Assembly (NCBI GenBank): GCA_000708835.1
Contig: DF237317.1
Span: forward strand, 1 to 64,000
Length of the DNA stretch: 64,000 nucleotides
Source of the DNA: Klebsormidium nitens
Lineage: Eukaryota > Plantae > Klebsormidiophyceae
Direction: 5' to 3'
Positions 26,801 to 38,600 of this stretch are shown here, piece by piece. Below the pieces are notes generated by a model. It had not been told where the DNA came from. It worked only from the letters and a program-made list of their open reading frames with translations, and made no database searches. The translations under genes were made by a program, and so were the position numbers. Within the stretch, counting starts at the first letter, position 1. Every line of letters starts with the position of its first letter.

Positions 26801-27952
26801 TGCCCCACCTGCCTGCAGGCACGTTTCGTGCACCGCACCACTTTGTTTCGACTAGTCCTCCTAGATCTGCCAGTCGTCTTCCGTTGCCATTTCGTGCTCG
26901 CTCTCGCAGTGACTTATCTCTAACTGCCGCGCGCAGTGAAATAAAGATGAGGTTGTGGGAAAGATTGTTTTGCGCCGGGCCCAGAGGCACGTGCCCCAAT
27001 GACTATCATCAGCACAAAGCGCAGTTTTCTGACTGTTAGTGTCTACGAATGCTATCTGAGTGCGTACGAGAGCCGACTCGATCGCTGATGTCCCCCAGAT
27101 CATTACCGTACATTCGTCAGCTCGTGAAGCTCCTCGGTCCCGCCTTTTGGATTGCGGTTGCTTGTTCTGAGTCTGCTTGCGGCGGCATTCTGCCGCTCCC
27201 CCTACAACTCCCCGTCACGTACACGAGTTGACGTGTCACTCTCCGTTATCAGGACCTGGCGCGCGGTGCCTTGAAGCCCCCCGAGGTGCTGCCGTACGTC
27301 CCCCTGGAGTGGCGCCTCAGCCGTCCCCGGGGGGACTGCTGCGGCATGTGCCCCGAGAAAGTGTTCACACCAGAGCAAATGCGCGAGGCGGGCTGGCGGT
27401 CCAGCACGGCAGGTCAGTGGCGGTGTGAATGCGGGCAGCGGGTCACGGTCGCAGTGGGAAGCAGTTTGAAATCTCCCAGATTGTTTGATTAAGGTTGCCT
27501 TTTAAGGACAAGATTAGGACGGTCCCTTGCTTGTCGATTGTGAGTGTCCTGCGAGGTCGAATGTGAGTGTCATGCGAGGACAAAACCGGTCCCAAAGATG
27601 AGAGCGAGTCCAAGTCCGAGTTCCGACTGTTTGGCGGTTGGGGGACCAGAGTCCATGCTTGGCTATGATTCTTTGTTCCAGACAAAGATCCAGCTTTACA
27701 GGCCTCAGTTGTTACGCATTTGCGGTTTGTGTAGGCTGGTCAAGCGAAAGGCGTGGTTGATGCTGAGGGAGCTCTTTCTCTCTGATCATGCCATTGGGGT
27801 CGTGGTTCGCTCTGTATCATGCTGTCTCTCTGGTTATCGCCGTTTTGACGCCATGTTTGGTTGCTGCAGTTCGACGGGTGGTGGGCGCATTCCGCTTTCC
27901 GCAGGGGGACGAGAGTGCAGCGAGGAGAGAGAGCCCAGCTGGCGGCAGCTAA
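20889..27952 (+). CDS. UGT80: Sterol 3-beta-glucosyltransferase-like (UGT80/GT1), 11 exons, ~934 aa, Cys-rich C-terminal tail
   Basis: Exons 20889-21762, 22155-22821, 23274-23459, 23838-24031, 24448-24571, 25224-25448, 25819-25883, 26158-26239, 26674-26818, 27253-27412, 27870-27952. Motifs [69 protein letters not shown]. Start codon and last exon are less certain. Confidence 0.88.
23460..23837 (+). other. GC-AG intron (UGT80 intron 3)
   Basis: CCAAG|GCAAGT donor and TTTGCAG acceptor. Only this junction produces the conserved PRPRDWG (family PKPKDWG). Confidence 0.9.
26819..27252 (+). other. Probable GC-AG intron (UGT80 intron 9)
   Basis: CTGCAG|GCACGT donor in phase 0 with the TTATCAG acceptor. 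The only nearby in-phase GT alternative (TTC|GTGCAC) is weak. Confidence 0.65.
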
Positions 27953-29654
27953 CAGCTGCTGTGTCGCGGACCATGCACGCGTATAGAACCGAAATGTTGA
28001 TAAATGTTGTCACGCAACTCACAACACTTTTGCGCGTGAACAGATCCACCGATTCAACAAATAGTACGGGTTGAAAGTAGTATTTGGAGAGCGGAGGCCT
28101 GCCTTGTGCAGAATCAGTTGCATAATAGCAACTGGCCGGCTCGCAGCCAATCTACTATGAGCTCTTAAGAGCGTGATATGGATGATACAGGTGGCAAATG
28201 CTAAGATCCGAATATATGAAACGGGTGCTTCTACAATGTTTCGATTGACGTGCTATTCGCACATGGTGCACTTTCCTGTTCGCTACTTTTAAGAAGTCAT
28301 CGCTCAGTTATATCAATGATCAATGTCAACAACGTGGTTCGGTGACGTCAACGAAGGCATACGAGGCCCCAGGGGGTAATTTTTTGCACATTTGTTCTAC
28401 AGCTTGCCAGCTCCTTGAAGACAATGTCGCATTGCGGAAACATTAGAGGTGGGAGCATGTACGTAGCTCGATGCATGTTTCCTTGAGCCTGCTCATGATA
28501 TGTGCACATCCTCCACAATGGCGGACTCTGTCCGAATTGCAGATTGCGTTGATTATGGATATGATCCATTGCAAGGCCGGAGATAGGCTGACTGATGGAC
28601 CAGCTTTAAGTTAACTGCAGATCAGGATTTATTATGTACGATCTAAACTGAGCTCCTGTTAGTACGCATATATTTCCAATCACTCTATTACATTGACCCA
28701 TGCACACATTGTTTTGTGGTAGACATAGATATGCCGCATGCATTCCTTGGAGAGCGATGCACTGATCAACAGCTCCTGATTCGCTCTCAAACCTTGCACC
28801 ATGCACCATACCATGTGCGGCCCATGCATGGTTCCGAAGTAGCATACAAATTGGGACAAACCAATTAGCCCTTCGGGGATGAGTCAGATCCACCAGTGAG
28901 CAACACAATATTTGTACCTTAAACAACTTGTTTAAGATGATGCTTGGCAGGCATTATCACCCCCCGCTTCACGAACTTCTAGGCAAAGTTCGGAAACAAT
29001 CTGTGAAGTGGCGTAACCCTTGCATGCGACTAAAAACCTTGATTCAGTGTAAACTAGAGTTGACTCTTTGCCTGTTCATCAGCAGAGTTCTATCGTCGAC
29101 CAATCTAGCTCGGGGGTATCGCCCGACGACTGCAACATGGTAGAAATGGAGAAGTCCTTGTGATGTTGCACCTTGCCGGAAAAGAGCTGACCGTTGGGTT
29201 GTAGATGAACAATCTCTGAAAGCGCCTGCGCCGCAGCAGCTCTTCGACAATTGTCGAAAGCTGTCCTGTAGATGCATGTTTGACCAGAACGAGACTAAAT
29301 GAAGGTAGTAGGATTCAAACGTACGTTCTGGCGGACGAGTTCTGGTCAAATGTGCTCTCTGCCCTCTCTGGGACGCCATGCTTGTTCCCTGCAAAACGTG
29401 ACGATGTGTCAACAAAGTATATACGTTCCCTCTAACCGATCACCCCGAAGAGCCAAACCGAATTCCCAGTACTACTCGTTGGCCAGTCTCATGCAACCAT
29501 CTGGATTTTTGTGTCCAAGAAAGCCGGAACAGTCATCACGGTATTGGACGTGACATTTACCTGAGAAGTAGAAGCTTGTCCTCGTGCAAGACCTCCTTCA
29601 ACAGTAACTGGCGCCACAACTGCCCAAGCTCCACCGTAGAATGCTTCGAGCCGC

Positions 29655-32252
29655 TCATGTGGTCCACACTTTGGCAGTCCCATCCACAGAACATGTCAGC
29701 AGACAGGGCTGGGCCGTGTGAAATGCGAGGCCGGTCACCTGCAGACAGGGGGACAGATTGACTCGTCAATCAAGAGCCAGAACCATGTTTTGACAGTGCA
29801 TTCGCAAGCGAGCAAGCGCCGGAGTGGGCACCCCAACTGACGTACTCGAAAAGGTGACAATAACCGCACAGATCGCCGAAGTAACACTTTAGAGCAGATT
29901 TTTGTCCGGAAAGCAGCCTGGGCTCGGTGTGACCATACCGTGCCAGCGTGTGCCTGGAAGGCGGTCCTGGTGGCCTCCTCGACGAGGTCCCAGCAGAAGA
30001 CTTGGCCGTCTTCGGAGCCGCTCAGCACGACCGCGTCATCGTTGCTGAAGCAGCTGCCCAGCTTGTACGACTGCACAGCAGAAAACAACCTGAAGTTGAA
30101 GCCCTAACACAGCCCAAGCGCCAAATATTTATTCAGTGACGTGGATACAAGGAGCAAGGAATGACCGGATCGGAAGCCTGCAGTGTGGATATTCAGCAGA
30201 TGGAGCTACTAGCCTGTTGCCCAAGTGCGGATCAGTCTGGGTTTGTCCACATGAGCTCGTGCTGATGCAGGAGCGTAGGATGACAATAAAAAGGCATCAT
30301 GTCCGCATGAGCTCAGGTTCGTAGGCAAAAACAGGTCAATCTCATTCTGACAGACGGTGGACAAGAGACTTGTTGACCAAGATCAGCAGCCACGACAAAG
30401 ATGACGAAGTAAAAACATGACAAACCCTCAGCTTGGCAATCCTAAGACCTTCTAGCTTCAACAACTACGCAGCGGGCAGAATCGAAGTGCTGACCTTGTT
30501 TGTGTGCCCGCGGTACTCGTTGAGAACATCCCCCAAGGCCCTGCACGCATGACGAGGCAATGAAATGAGAACCAAGGAGAAAATCAGCCTCTCATAGTGT
30601 TTTTGTTGGAAACACCACCGCAGAACCCAGCGGTGGGGCAGCCACCAGGACTTGCGGTGATTGTCTTACCTGTCAATCAAGCGGAGGGTGCTGTCCAGGC
30701 AGCCTGCCAGGATGCAGTTGCCATCGTTAGAAAGGCTGATGCAAGTCACGGGCTGGCCCAGGTGGTCGCTCGTCACCCTGCACAGCCCACGCGCACTGTC
30801 AGCACAGGGGCGTTTGGAAGGGCATCAATGGCAAAGACTTCCCTGCAACAAACAACGACCAAGCAAAACGCCAAGACAATGCAACTTTCAGCAAACGTGT
30901 TGATTAGCGAGCGACTTGGCAAGAAGAGTCTGATGAAGCTGCATGTTGACACACGCAATAGCTGGCGCACGAAGCTACTTAGTATGCATCAAGAAATGTT
31001 GACAATCAGTAAAAGAGAGGGGCCACATGGAACTCCGTCGACATGCTTGACCTTTGCTAGCGCAGTGGGTAAGGAACCAGGAAGATGGGGCAGATGACCA
31101 CCAGCTGGACCAGATAATGGCTTACCTGCCATGCCGGATATCAAAGGTGCGCACCGTTCCATCGACGCTGCCACCCACGATCTCGGATTTGGTCAAAGCA
31201 ATGGAGGTCACGCTGTCGCTGAAGTGCTCCAAGGACTGTGAAGAAAGACAAAACGGCTAGGGGTAATCATTTCCTCTCAAGTTCTTCCATTTGTTGCACT
31301 TCCTGACTGTTTGCAACTCTCTCAAGCAAGGAGATAAAGCAGCAGTAAGCAAGAAATATGCAGCAAGCACAGACTCACGTCCAATGCTGACCTGTATGGC
31401 ATTAGCGCTCTGCGACCTGCAATCCCAAACTCGAATACTGCGGTCGTAGCCCGCCGACACGACCACCGACGATTCATCATTGAAACAGACGGCATTCACC
31501 TGCACAGCAGCGGGAAAGCCAGAACAGAAGAAACAATTAGCACCACTTTCCTCACGACCTGCTCTTGTTCTTTAAATTCAGCAATTAGAAGGAGCATCTA
31601 CTTGGTCCCCACTGGTTGACATTCATGAAAGGTGCCGAGCAGGAGGCGCACCTCGCTGTCATGGCCCCTGAATCGCCGGATGATCCTCCCCGTGGAAACA
31701 TCCCACAGGAAGACTTGCTTATCGCCTCCGCAGGACGCCAACCTCCCATTGTCACTGCAAGTAGAGATGGTGTGACTTTCTAAACTGCAACAAGCAGGCA
31801 GCATAACTCTCAAACTTTCCCTCAATGAAGGCCCAACAGATGCGTACTCACCACATATTTGCAGCGGGAACCGATGACTTATGGACCAGCAAGGCAAAGA
31901 GCTGGGAGACACGCATAGCTTGCTCAAATGTTGTTCTTCCAAGTCATTGTGTTCTGCAGTTCATGCCCATTGTCAATATAAGTTATAGCCCAAAAGCAAG
32001 GCAGAAAAGCGTGGCGTACCTTGCTGCTGCCACGTCTCGCACCTCGTGTCCATGGCCAAGGTATGACTTTATTGCTAACCCTTTGTGAGGGTTCCAAAGC
32101 CTAATCGATCGATCCTTGCCGGTGGTAAGGCAATACTTCCCATCATAGTTGAAGCGCACCGACAAGACAGCCCCCTCATGCCCCTTGAGAGTTGCCGCTT
32201 CCTTTGTCGGAATGTTTGTAAAGCTAGCGGCGGTCATGGCCGCATCTCCCAT
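29655..32252 (-). CDS. WDR83: WD40 protein WDR83/MORG1, 8 exons, ~307 aa
   Basis: Exons 32252-32020, 31754-31652, 31499-31392, 31235-31126, 30777-30670, 30540-30495, 30070-29939, 29738-29655. LKGHEGAVLSVRFN, RSIRLWNPHKG, GGDKQVFLWDVSTG, GSVDGTVRTFDIRHG, SGSEDGQVFCWDLVE are diagnostic. Confidence 0.94.
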
Positions 32253-32474
32253 CCTTCATGCCGTTCAGATGTGGATCATATCAAGAGCGATTGGCAATCT
32301 CTGAAAAGTTTCTCAGACTCAAAGGCAAAGCAATGCATTCAAGTTGACTTGCAGTGCAAGCACCTGGAGCGGGTCGAAAGAGGTACCGGAGCTACGGGTA
32401 TGGTACCAGGCTCTTATAGGTAATAGGTCTTCTGGTACCCACCTGGATAGACACGTGACCCATAGAAGCCTTTT

Positions 32475-32534
32475 GATTGGCTTTGAGCTCCGGCCCATGA
32501 TCCTGTGGCGCTTGTATGTAATGGATTAGGGTTT
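32475..32534. promoter_or_regulatory. CCAAT box, site II (TGGGCC) and telo-box (AAACCCTAA) in the WDR83/TMEM8 divergent spacer
   Basis: GATTGG 32475-32480, GGCCCA 32492-32497 and TTAGGGTTT 32526-32534, all reading on the minus (WDR83) strand. Confidence 0.45.
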
Positions 32535-32605
32535 GAGGCTGCACAGTCTGATGAGCAGGACCTGTATATGTATTAACGTTTGGGAAGGCGAACTCTGCAG
32601 GAGCC

Positions 32606-35600
32606 ATGCTCAATTCCACCAAGTTCTCCGCTGCAATGGCGTCAGGTTGTACGACCTATCTGGCAGCAGCTTTTCTGGTGGTGGTGTCTAGGGTAGTTGC
32701 CGCCTCGCTTGGTCCCTCTCCTGCTGGAGCTATGGCAGCCAGCTCGTTGCAAGCACATGGAGCGGAGCAGGCTTTGCCTGAGCAAGCAATAGCTGAGAGT
32801 CTGGATGCCACTTGGCCCCAGGTGGAGGCCCAGAGCTGGCCCGATTGCGTTGTGGGGCCTGACAACTACAAGTACATCTTCCTAGGTATGAAAGCCGATG
32901 CTAATCTTACTGGCAGTAGGAGCTGGCTTTGGGCGCACATAGAGATCACGAAAGTTTCCGTGCAATGTGTGGTACAAGTATGATTCAGGGACGTTTTAGT
33001 GTCGGCTAGTTGGGCTGCATATTGAAGTGGGTATTGCATTCTCCGACGTCACGAAGTGTGCGCTGTACTCTTGCAGGGGCTGTGCCTGGGGGCACCAAGG
33101 AACTGCACATTGACCTGAGGAAGCAGTGGGATGGGGTAAGCAGGCCTAGTCTGCCACCTGGCAGTATTCTAATGAGGCACTGGCACCCCTGGGCAATCAC
33201 CTGGAGTGCAATGCCAGAGTGGTGGAGTGTGACACCACTTATTAAAGACTCCGTCTAGAGTCGATTGACAACCCCCCATTAGCCCCGCCGCTCCCTGCAT
33301 CACCTGACAAAGTCCAAAACCTCGAATCAGCTTGAATAATCACTGGTGCAGGCTCATTGGAATGTGGCGCCAGCAGCGTCAGCATCAACCTGCACAGATC
33401 AAAGATGACTATTGTCTGCATCTTGCAGGAGTCAGGGCCCATGCTTTGCCTACGCCGAGGAGGCCCCCCTCTCCCATCGAATACAACATGTGAGCCATTG
33501 CATGATGCTGTCAAGACATCGTTTGCAGTGAGGCCTTCACACTCTGCTGCGACGTTATGATGGGCACACGGTGTGGTTCATGTAAAGCTCCAACTGGGCG
33601 ATTTTATTGACATCTCTCGACAAGAAGTCAGCTCTTGTTTGTTCGTCTGATGAGGACGTTGAGTTTTCTCATGGTATGAAAGATGAAGAAACCTTTGTGG
33701 ATCAGATCGTACCCTCAGATAGCCAGTACGTCGTCAAAAGTCTGGGCTTGACAGTGAGCTACTTCGTGGCCAGATTGGCCAACATCTGTCCTTACACGCT
33801 CTGGTTGGGAAGGACAGCCCCATCATCGCCTCTTTCCAAACAGCTCCCCATCCAATGCAGGGCTGTCTCTCTCGGGAGCGGCTACTGCGGCTGGCTGGGC
33901 GGTCAACAGCAGCTTTGTAGGCGCGTGCGGCCCCTTCGTTGCAGACATGCACCTTGCCCTGTCTGAGGCGCACGTCCTAGAAGGGCCCTGGTGGCTGGCC
34001 CTCTTCACGGACCCATCCGAGACGCGCTTCCAGTCCAAGATGGTGAGGACCTGGATGGCGAACTTTTCTGCATCCCCATAAGTCACGAAGCCCTCCCGTA
34101 TCTTGTCTAGAATTGTTAGCGACAATCTCATCTCACAGGTTTCCAGGACAACACACCAGTAGTATGCTTGTCAATGAGCCCCAATTGCGATGCTCTGAAA
34201 AGTCGCTACTTACCTCTTTGATCCCTTCGCTATTATAGATCCAGCGGGGGCCCGTGTATCCCTTCTCCCTCAATGTCACCATCGCTGGGTGCGGCAGCGG
34301 GGAGCAATGTCAGCAGAACAAATTGGGTTCTCTTCAGGCTGGCGGGGGCCTTGACTCAGATGCCACAGCTTCCCAGGCACCACTTCGGCTGGCGAGCAGT
34401 CCCCCCTCCTTCGTTGAGGCCATGTTGCAAAACGGGCAGACGCTCTTGTCCACTCTGGAGTCCACTCTCCCCTGGTCAAATCCGGCGCCTTCGGCGAGAA
34501 GCGATCCCACCGCCGCTGCCCCAGCAGCCACCTCAGCCGAGTGTTACTCTGCAAACCAGTCGTTCCCCTTGTATGTCCCTTCCCCCGCCACTCTCAACCT
34601 CTCTCTCCGCCTGCTGCAAAGCCCGGACGGAAGCCCGTTACCCAACTTCAGCGCTCAGCTAAGGTGGGGTGCCACTCCCGTTGTCCCCAGCATGGGGGCC
34701 CCAGTTCCGGACGGGCAGATCAGCATCCCGTCTGCGGGCCTCCTGGAAGCGCAGGTGCCGAACGCGCGGGCCGGGTGGTGGTACCTGCGGATCGTTTCTG
34801 AGAACGCCACTGGTGATGGGCGGTTCTGTGTGGAGTCGTGGCAATGGGAAGCAATCGGCTGTGAAGAAGGGCGGGCCGGGGAGCGGTGCGCGTGGCCAGT
34901 GACCAGGCTCGGGGTAAGGCCAGCCGGACCTCCTAATGCTTCCTGGTAAGAAGGGGACCCAGTCGACGAAGGTGGATCTTTGCTGTGAGTTGCTCCTTGC
35001 CAGGCTTTCCAATCTTCCAGAGCATCGGGGTTATGCTCGTGGCTCCTTGCTATCCACCTGTCTGCGGAGACTCGAAGGCCCCCCCAATACAGAAGGTGGG
35101 GTATCATTTGATTGTGGCCAAGTTCGCACCGTTTGGCGGTGCAAATAGAAAGACTTGTGTTCTGGCTCACATCTTCGACGGTCGGCCCGACTCTGTGCTT
35201 TTCCGTGTGTCCGTGCAGCGGGTCCTCACCAGCCCCAGCTTCAGTGCGCTGTATCGTCCCACCAGCTGGGCAGACACAGCGGGAGGCTGGTTCACCGTTC
35301 ACATGTCCCCGCCGCTAGCCGCCATCAGCCAACGTGCAGTGCAGATTCGTCTGATCAACGCCGAGTCACCGAGTAGCAGCCTAGTAGCGAGTGGGCGGTG
35401 GGCGTATCTGTCATTTCCGATCTCGGACGTTTCGGCAGGTCAAACCCTCGCCGTAGAGGCACGCTGGTCTAAAGACTCGAGCCCCTCGGGACGAGTGCAC
35501 TTGTTCTCGAAACTAGGCGCCGCTCCGACGGCGGACGACTTCGACTTCGCAACCTCGTTCAACGGGTCCACGAAAGCCTCGAAGAAAGTTGGGGTGGGGC

Positions 35601-38600
35601 AAGATTGGCCAGCAGACGGTGCCGCGCGCCTGTCCAGGGGTAAGACGGACAGCCTCAGCGTATCGGTGCAGTATCCTGCTGCGGGTGCTTGGTACGTGGG
35701 CCTGTTCTTTGCCCCCATTTTGGAAGACACGTGGCCAGCTGCTTCCGACCCCCCTGGGGAGGTGCTACCTGTGGAGTTGCGGGTGCGGGTGGGGGGCTGC
35801 CCGAGGGACTGCTCGGGACACGGCAACTGTGCGTCCTACTTCGACGAGGGCAGGGCGCGGGTCTGGAGGTGAGACGGGAATGCTGTCCCCCGGCCTCGAT
35901 CCTTCAGTCCTGCTAGAGCGGGGACAAGGAGAATCGGTACCGGACGGAAGCTAAGGCTGGGGCCTGTTGGATTTGCGGGNNNNNNNNNNNNNNNNNNNNN
36001 NNNNNNNNNNNNNNNNNNNNNNNNNNNNNNNNNNNNNNNNNNNNNNNNNNNNNNNNNNNNNNNNNNNNNNNNNNNNNNNNNNNNNNNNNNNNNNNNNNNN
36101 NNNNNNNNNNNNNNNNNNNNNNNNNNNNNNNNNNNNNNNNNNNNNNNNNNNNNNNNNNNNNNNNNNNNNNNNNNNNNNNNNNNNNNNNNNNNNNNNNNNN
36201 NNNNNNNNNNNNNNNNNNNNNNNNNNNNNNNNNNNNNNNNNNNNNNNNNNNNNNNNNNNNNNNNNNNNNNNNNNNNNNNNNNNNNNNNNNNNNNNNNNNN
36301 NNNNNNNNNNNNNNNNNNNNNNNNNNNNNNNNNNNNNNNNNNNNNNNNNNNNNNNNNNNNNNNNNNNNNNNNNNNNNNNNNNNNNNNNNNNNNNNNNNNN
36401 NNNNNNNNNNNNNNNNNNNNNNNNNNNNNNNNNNNNNNNNNNNNNNNNNNNNNNNNNNNNNNNNNNNNNNNNNNNNNNNNNNNNNNNNNNNNNNNNNNNN
36501 NNNNNNNNNNNNNNNNNNNNNNNNNNNNNNNNNNNNNNNNNNNNNNNNNNNNNNNNNNNNNNNNNNNNNNNNNNNNNNNNNNNNNNNNNNNNNNNNNNNN
36601 NNNNNNNNNNNNNNNNNNNNNNNNNNNNNNNNNNNNNNNNNNNNNNNNNNNNNNNNNNNNNNNNNNNNNNNNNNNNNNNGGAAGCTAAGGCTGGGGCCTG
36701 TTGGATTTGCGGGCATGTCAACCCAAAGCTGGACCTCTCTGGCTCTTGAGCGTCAGATCCTGTGGGAGTGGTTATCCGACGGCTGTGATCTGCGCATCCC
36801 GGGTTAGGGTTTCAAACGCACCTCATACCGTCGGATGCTGTGTTGCTGACATTTGAACGGCCGATAGCAGACAAGAAGAGATAGCAACCTAAGGCTGACG
36901 TCACTGTTGAGGGTTCCAACAGCCCCTAGCCTTAGCTTCCGTCCGGTACCGATTCTCCTTGTCTCCGCTCTGCTAGTAGTTAGAGGAGAAAGCCTTGTCA
37001 AAGTGACGTACACGATAGGCGGCTAGGATGATGCAAGTAGGTTGGCACATCACAACCGTTTTCGATTGTTATCAATTTCCTGGAAGCCGGAAGAGACATG
37101 CTTTGTCACTCGTCAACATCCCTCCCGCTGGTTCTCGTGCAGCACGTGCGAGTGCGACCGGACGCACGGCGGCGTGGACTGCTCGGTGGAGGTGCTGTTC
37201 CCCGACCAGGAGTCGCGGCACGTGCTGGCCCTCACGTTGTCCAACGCGGCCGCCATCCCTGCGGCAGGCTGGGCCTTCACGCACCAGGTCAGGACAGCCG
37301 CATAACTACTACGTGCAGAGAGACGGAAATATAGTCAGCTGTTGGAGAGGAAGAGAAGTTTCACAGCCAAGCAAGGACTCGGGCAAGCTGACGAACGAAA
37401 ACCTCTTCGTTACTTGACACGTGTGTTCCTACAGACGTCAGTCCGAGTCTAGACTCCTGTGTTGCAAACGTCCATCTGCCCGTATCGCGTGTCGTGCAGG
37501 CGTACCCCGAGTGGATCGTGTTCACGTGCGGCGGCCTGGCCAGTGCGGTGTACCACATGTGCGATGCCGGCAGCACCTGCCTCGCGCAGTACGGCACTCT
37601 CCAGGTAACCGCGGCCCCGCCCACCTCTTTTGCGCCTGCCGTCGAGTGTGCTCTGTACAACTCTCATAGGAGGTGCACGCTTCCTGAGGGATCCGCTTGG
37701 GCATCTAATGTTTGTTCGCCATCACGCTTACCATGTCTGCTCCTTACTTTGCCAATCTGCATTTCTTGACCTCAGCCAGGGATCACAGTCTCCGTTCTTG
37801 CACCCGCCTCGCTGCCCTGTTCCCACGCCTCACCTCCTCCATTCGCCACCCCCCTGCAGTTCGCCGACTTTTTGCTGTCCTTCCTGGCGGTGGTCCTGAC
37901 GTGCCTGCACCTGGCCCCGCTGCCGCCCCGCGCCACCGCGCCCGCGCAGCTGAGCGCCACGCTGCTGCTTGCGCTGGTCGCCAAGGACAACGCCACCAGG
38001 TGATGCCTCCCATTTAACCGCCTCAGAACAACGCTCATTCCTTGCAAAGTAGACTCCGACGTCTAATTCGTGTGAACATCGTAATATTCAGCGAGGACCT
38101 TCTCAAAGCTGGTCCGGTTGATTCAGATATACGATGCAGTTGAGAAGCCGATTGCGCCAAACGACAAGCCCGTTCTTTGGGAGGGTCAACAGTAACGCTG
38201 CTGTGGTTGCGCAGCGGGTGGAGTCTGGTCATTGTTGCCGCTTTGGGTGCGCTAGCGCTCGCGCTGGGTTGGGGGCTTGAGGCGGGGATGCACAGAAAGC
38301 GACAGCCGGACGGGCCACACCAGTCTTGGGGCGCCCACATGCGCCACGTGTTGGAAGCCAAGTGGTTGCGGTAAGTACGGCCCCTGATCTCTGAAAACCT
38401 AGACCGGCCGCAGAAGCGATCTGCTTTCTCCTTTCAGCGGAGACTCTGGCATCTGGCGTTTGAACCTTGAGTGCTTGGTGTGAGAATTACGTGTGTGGAG
38501 CCCAGCTTAAAGCCAACACCTCATTCATGCAACGTCCACCTTTCACGGGGAATCAAGCGTGCTAGAATGTTAGGAACTCCTCTTTTCTCCCCGTGTCAAA

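Noticed and set aside
35913-36749. Three ~260-aa ORFs in the track
   Set aside because: Artefacts of translating the N gap.
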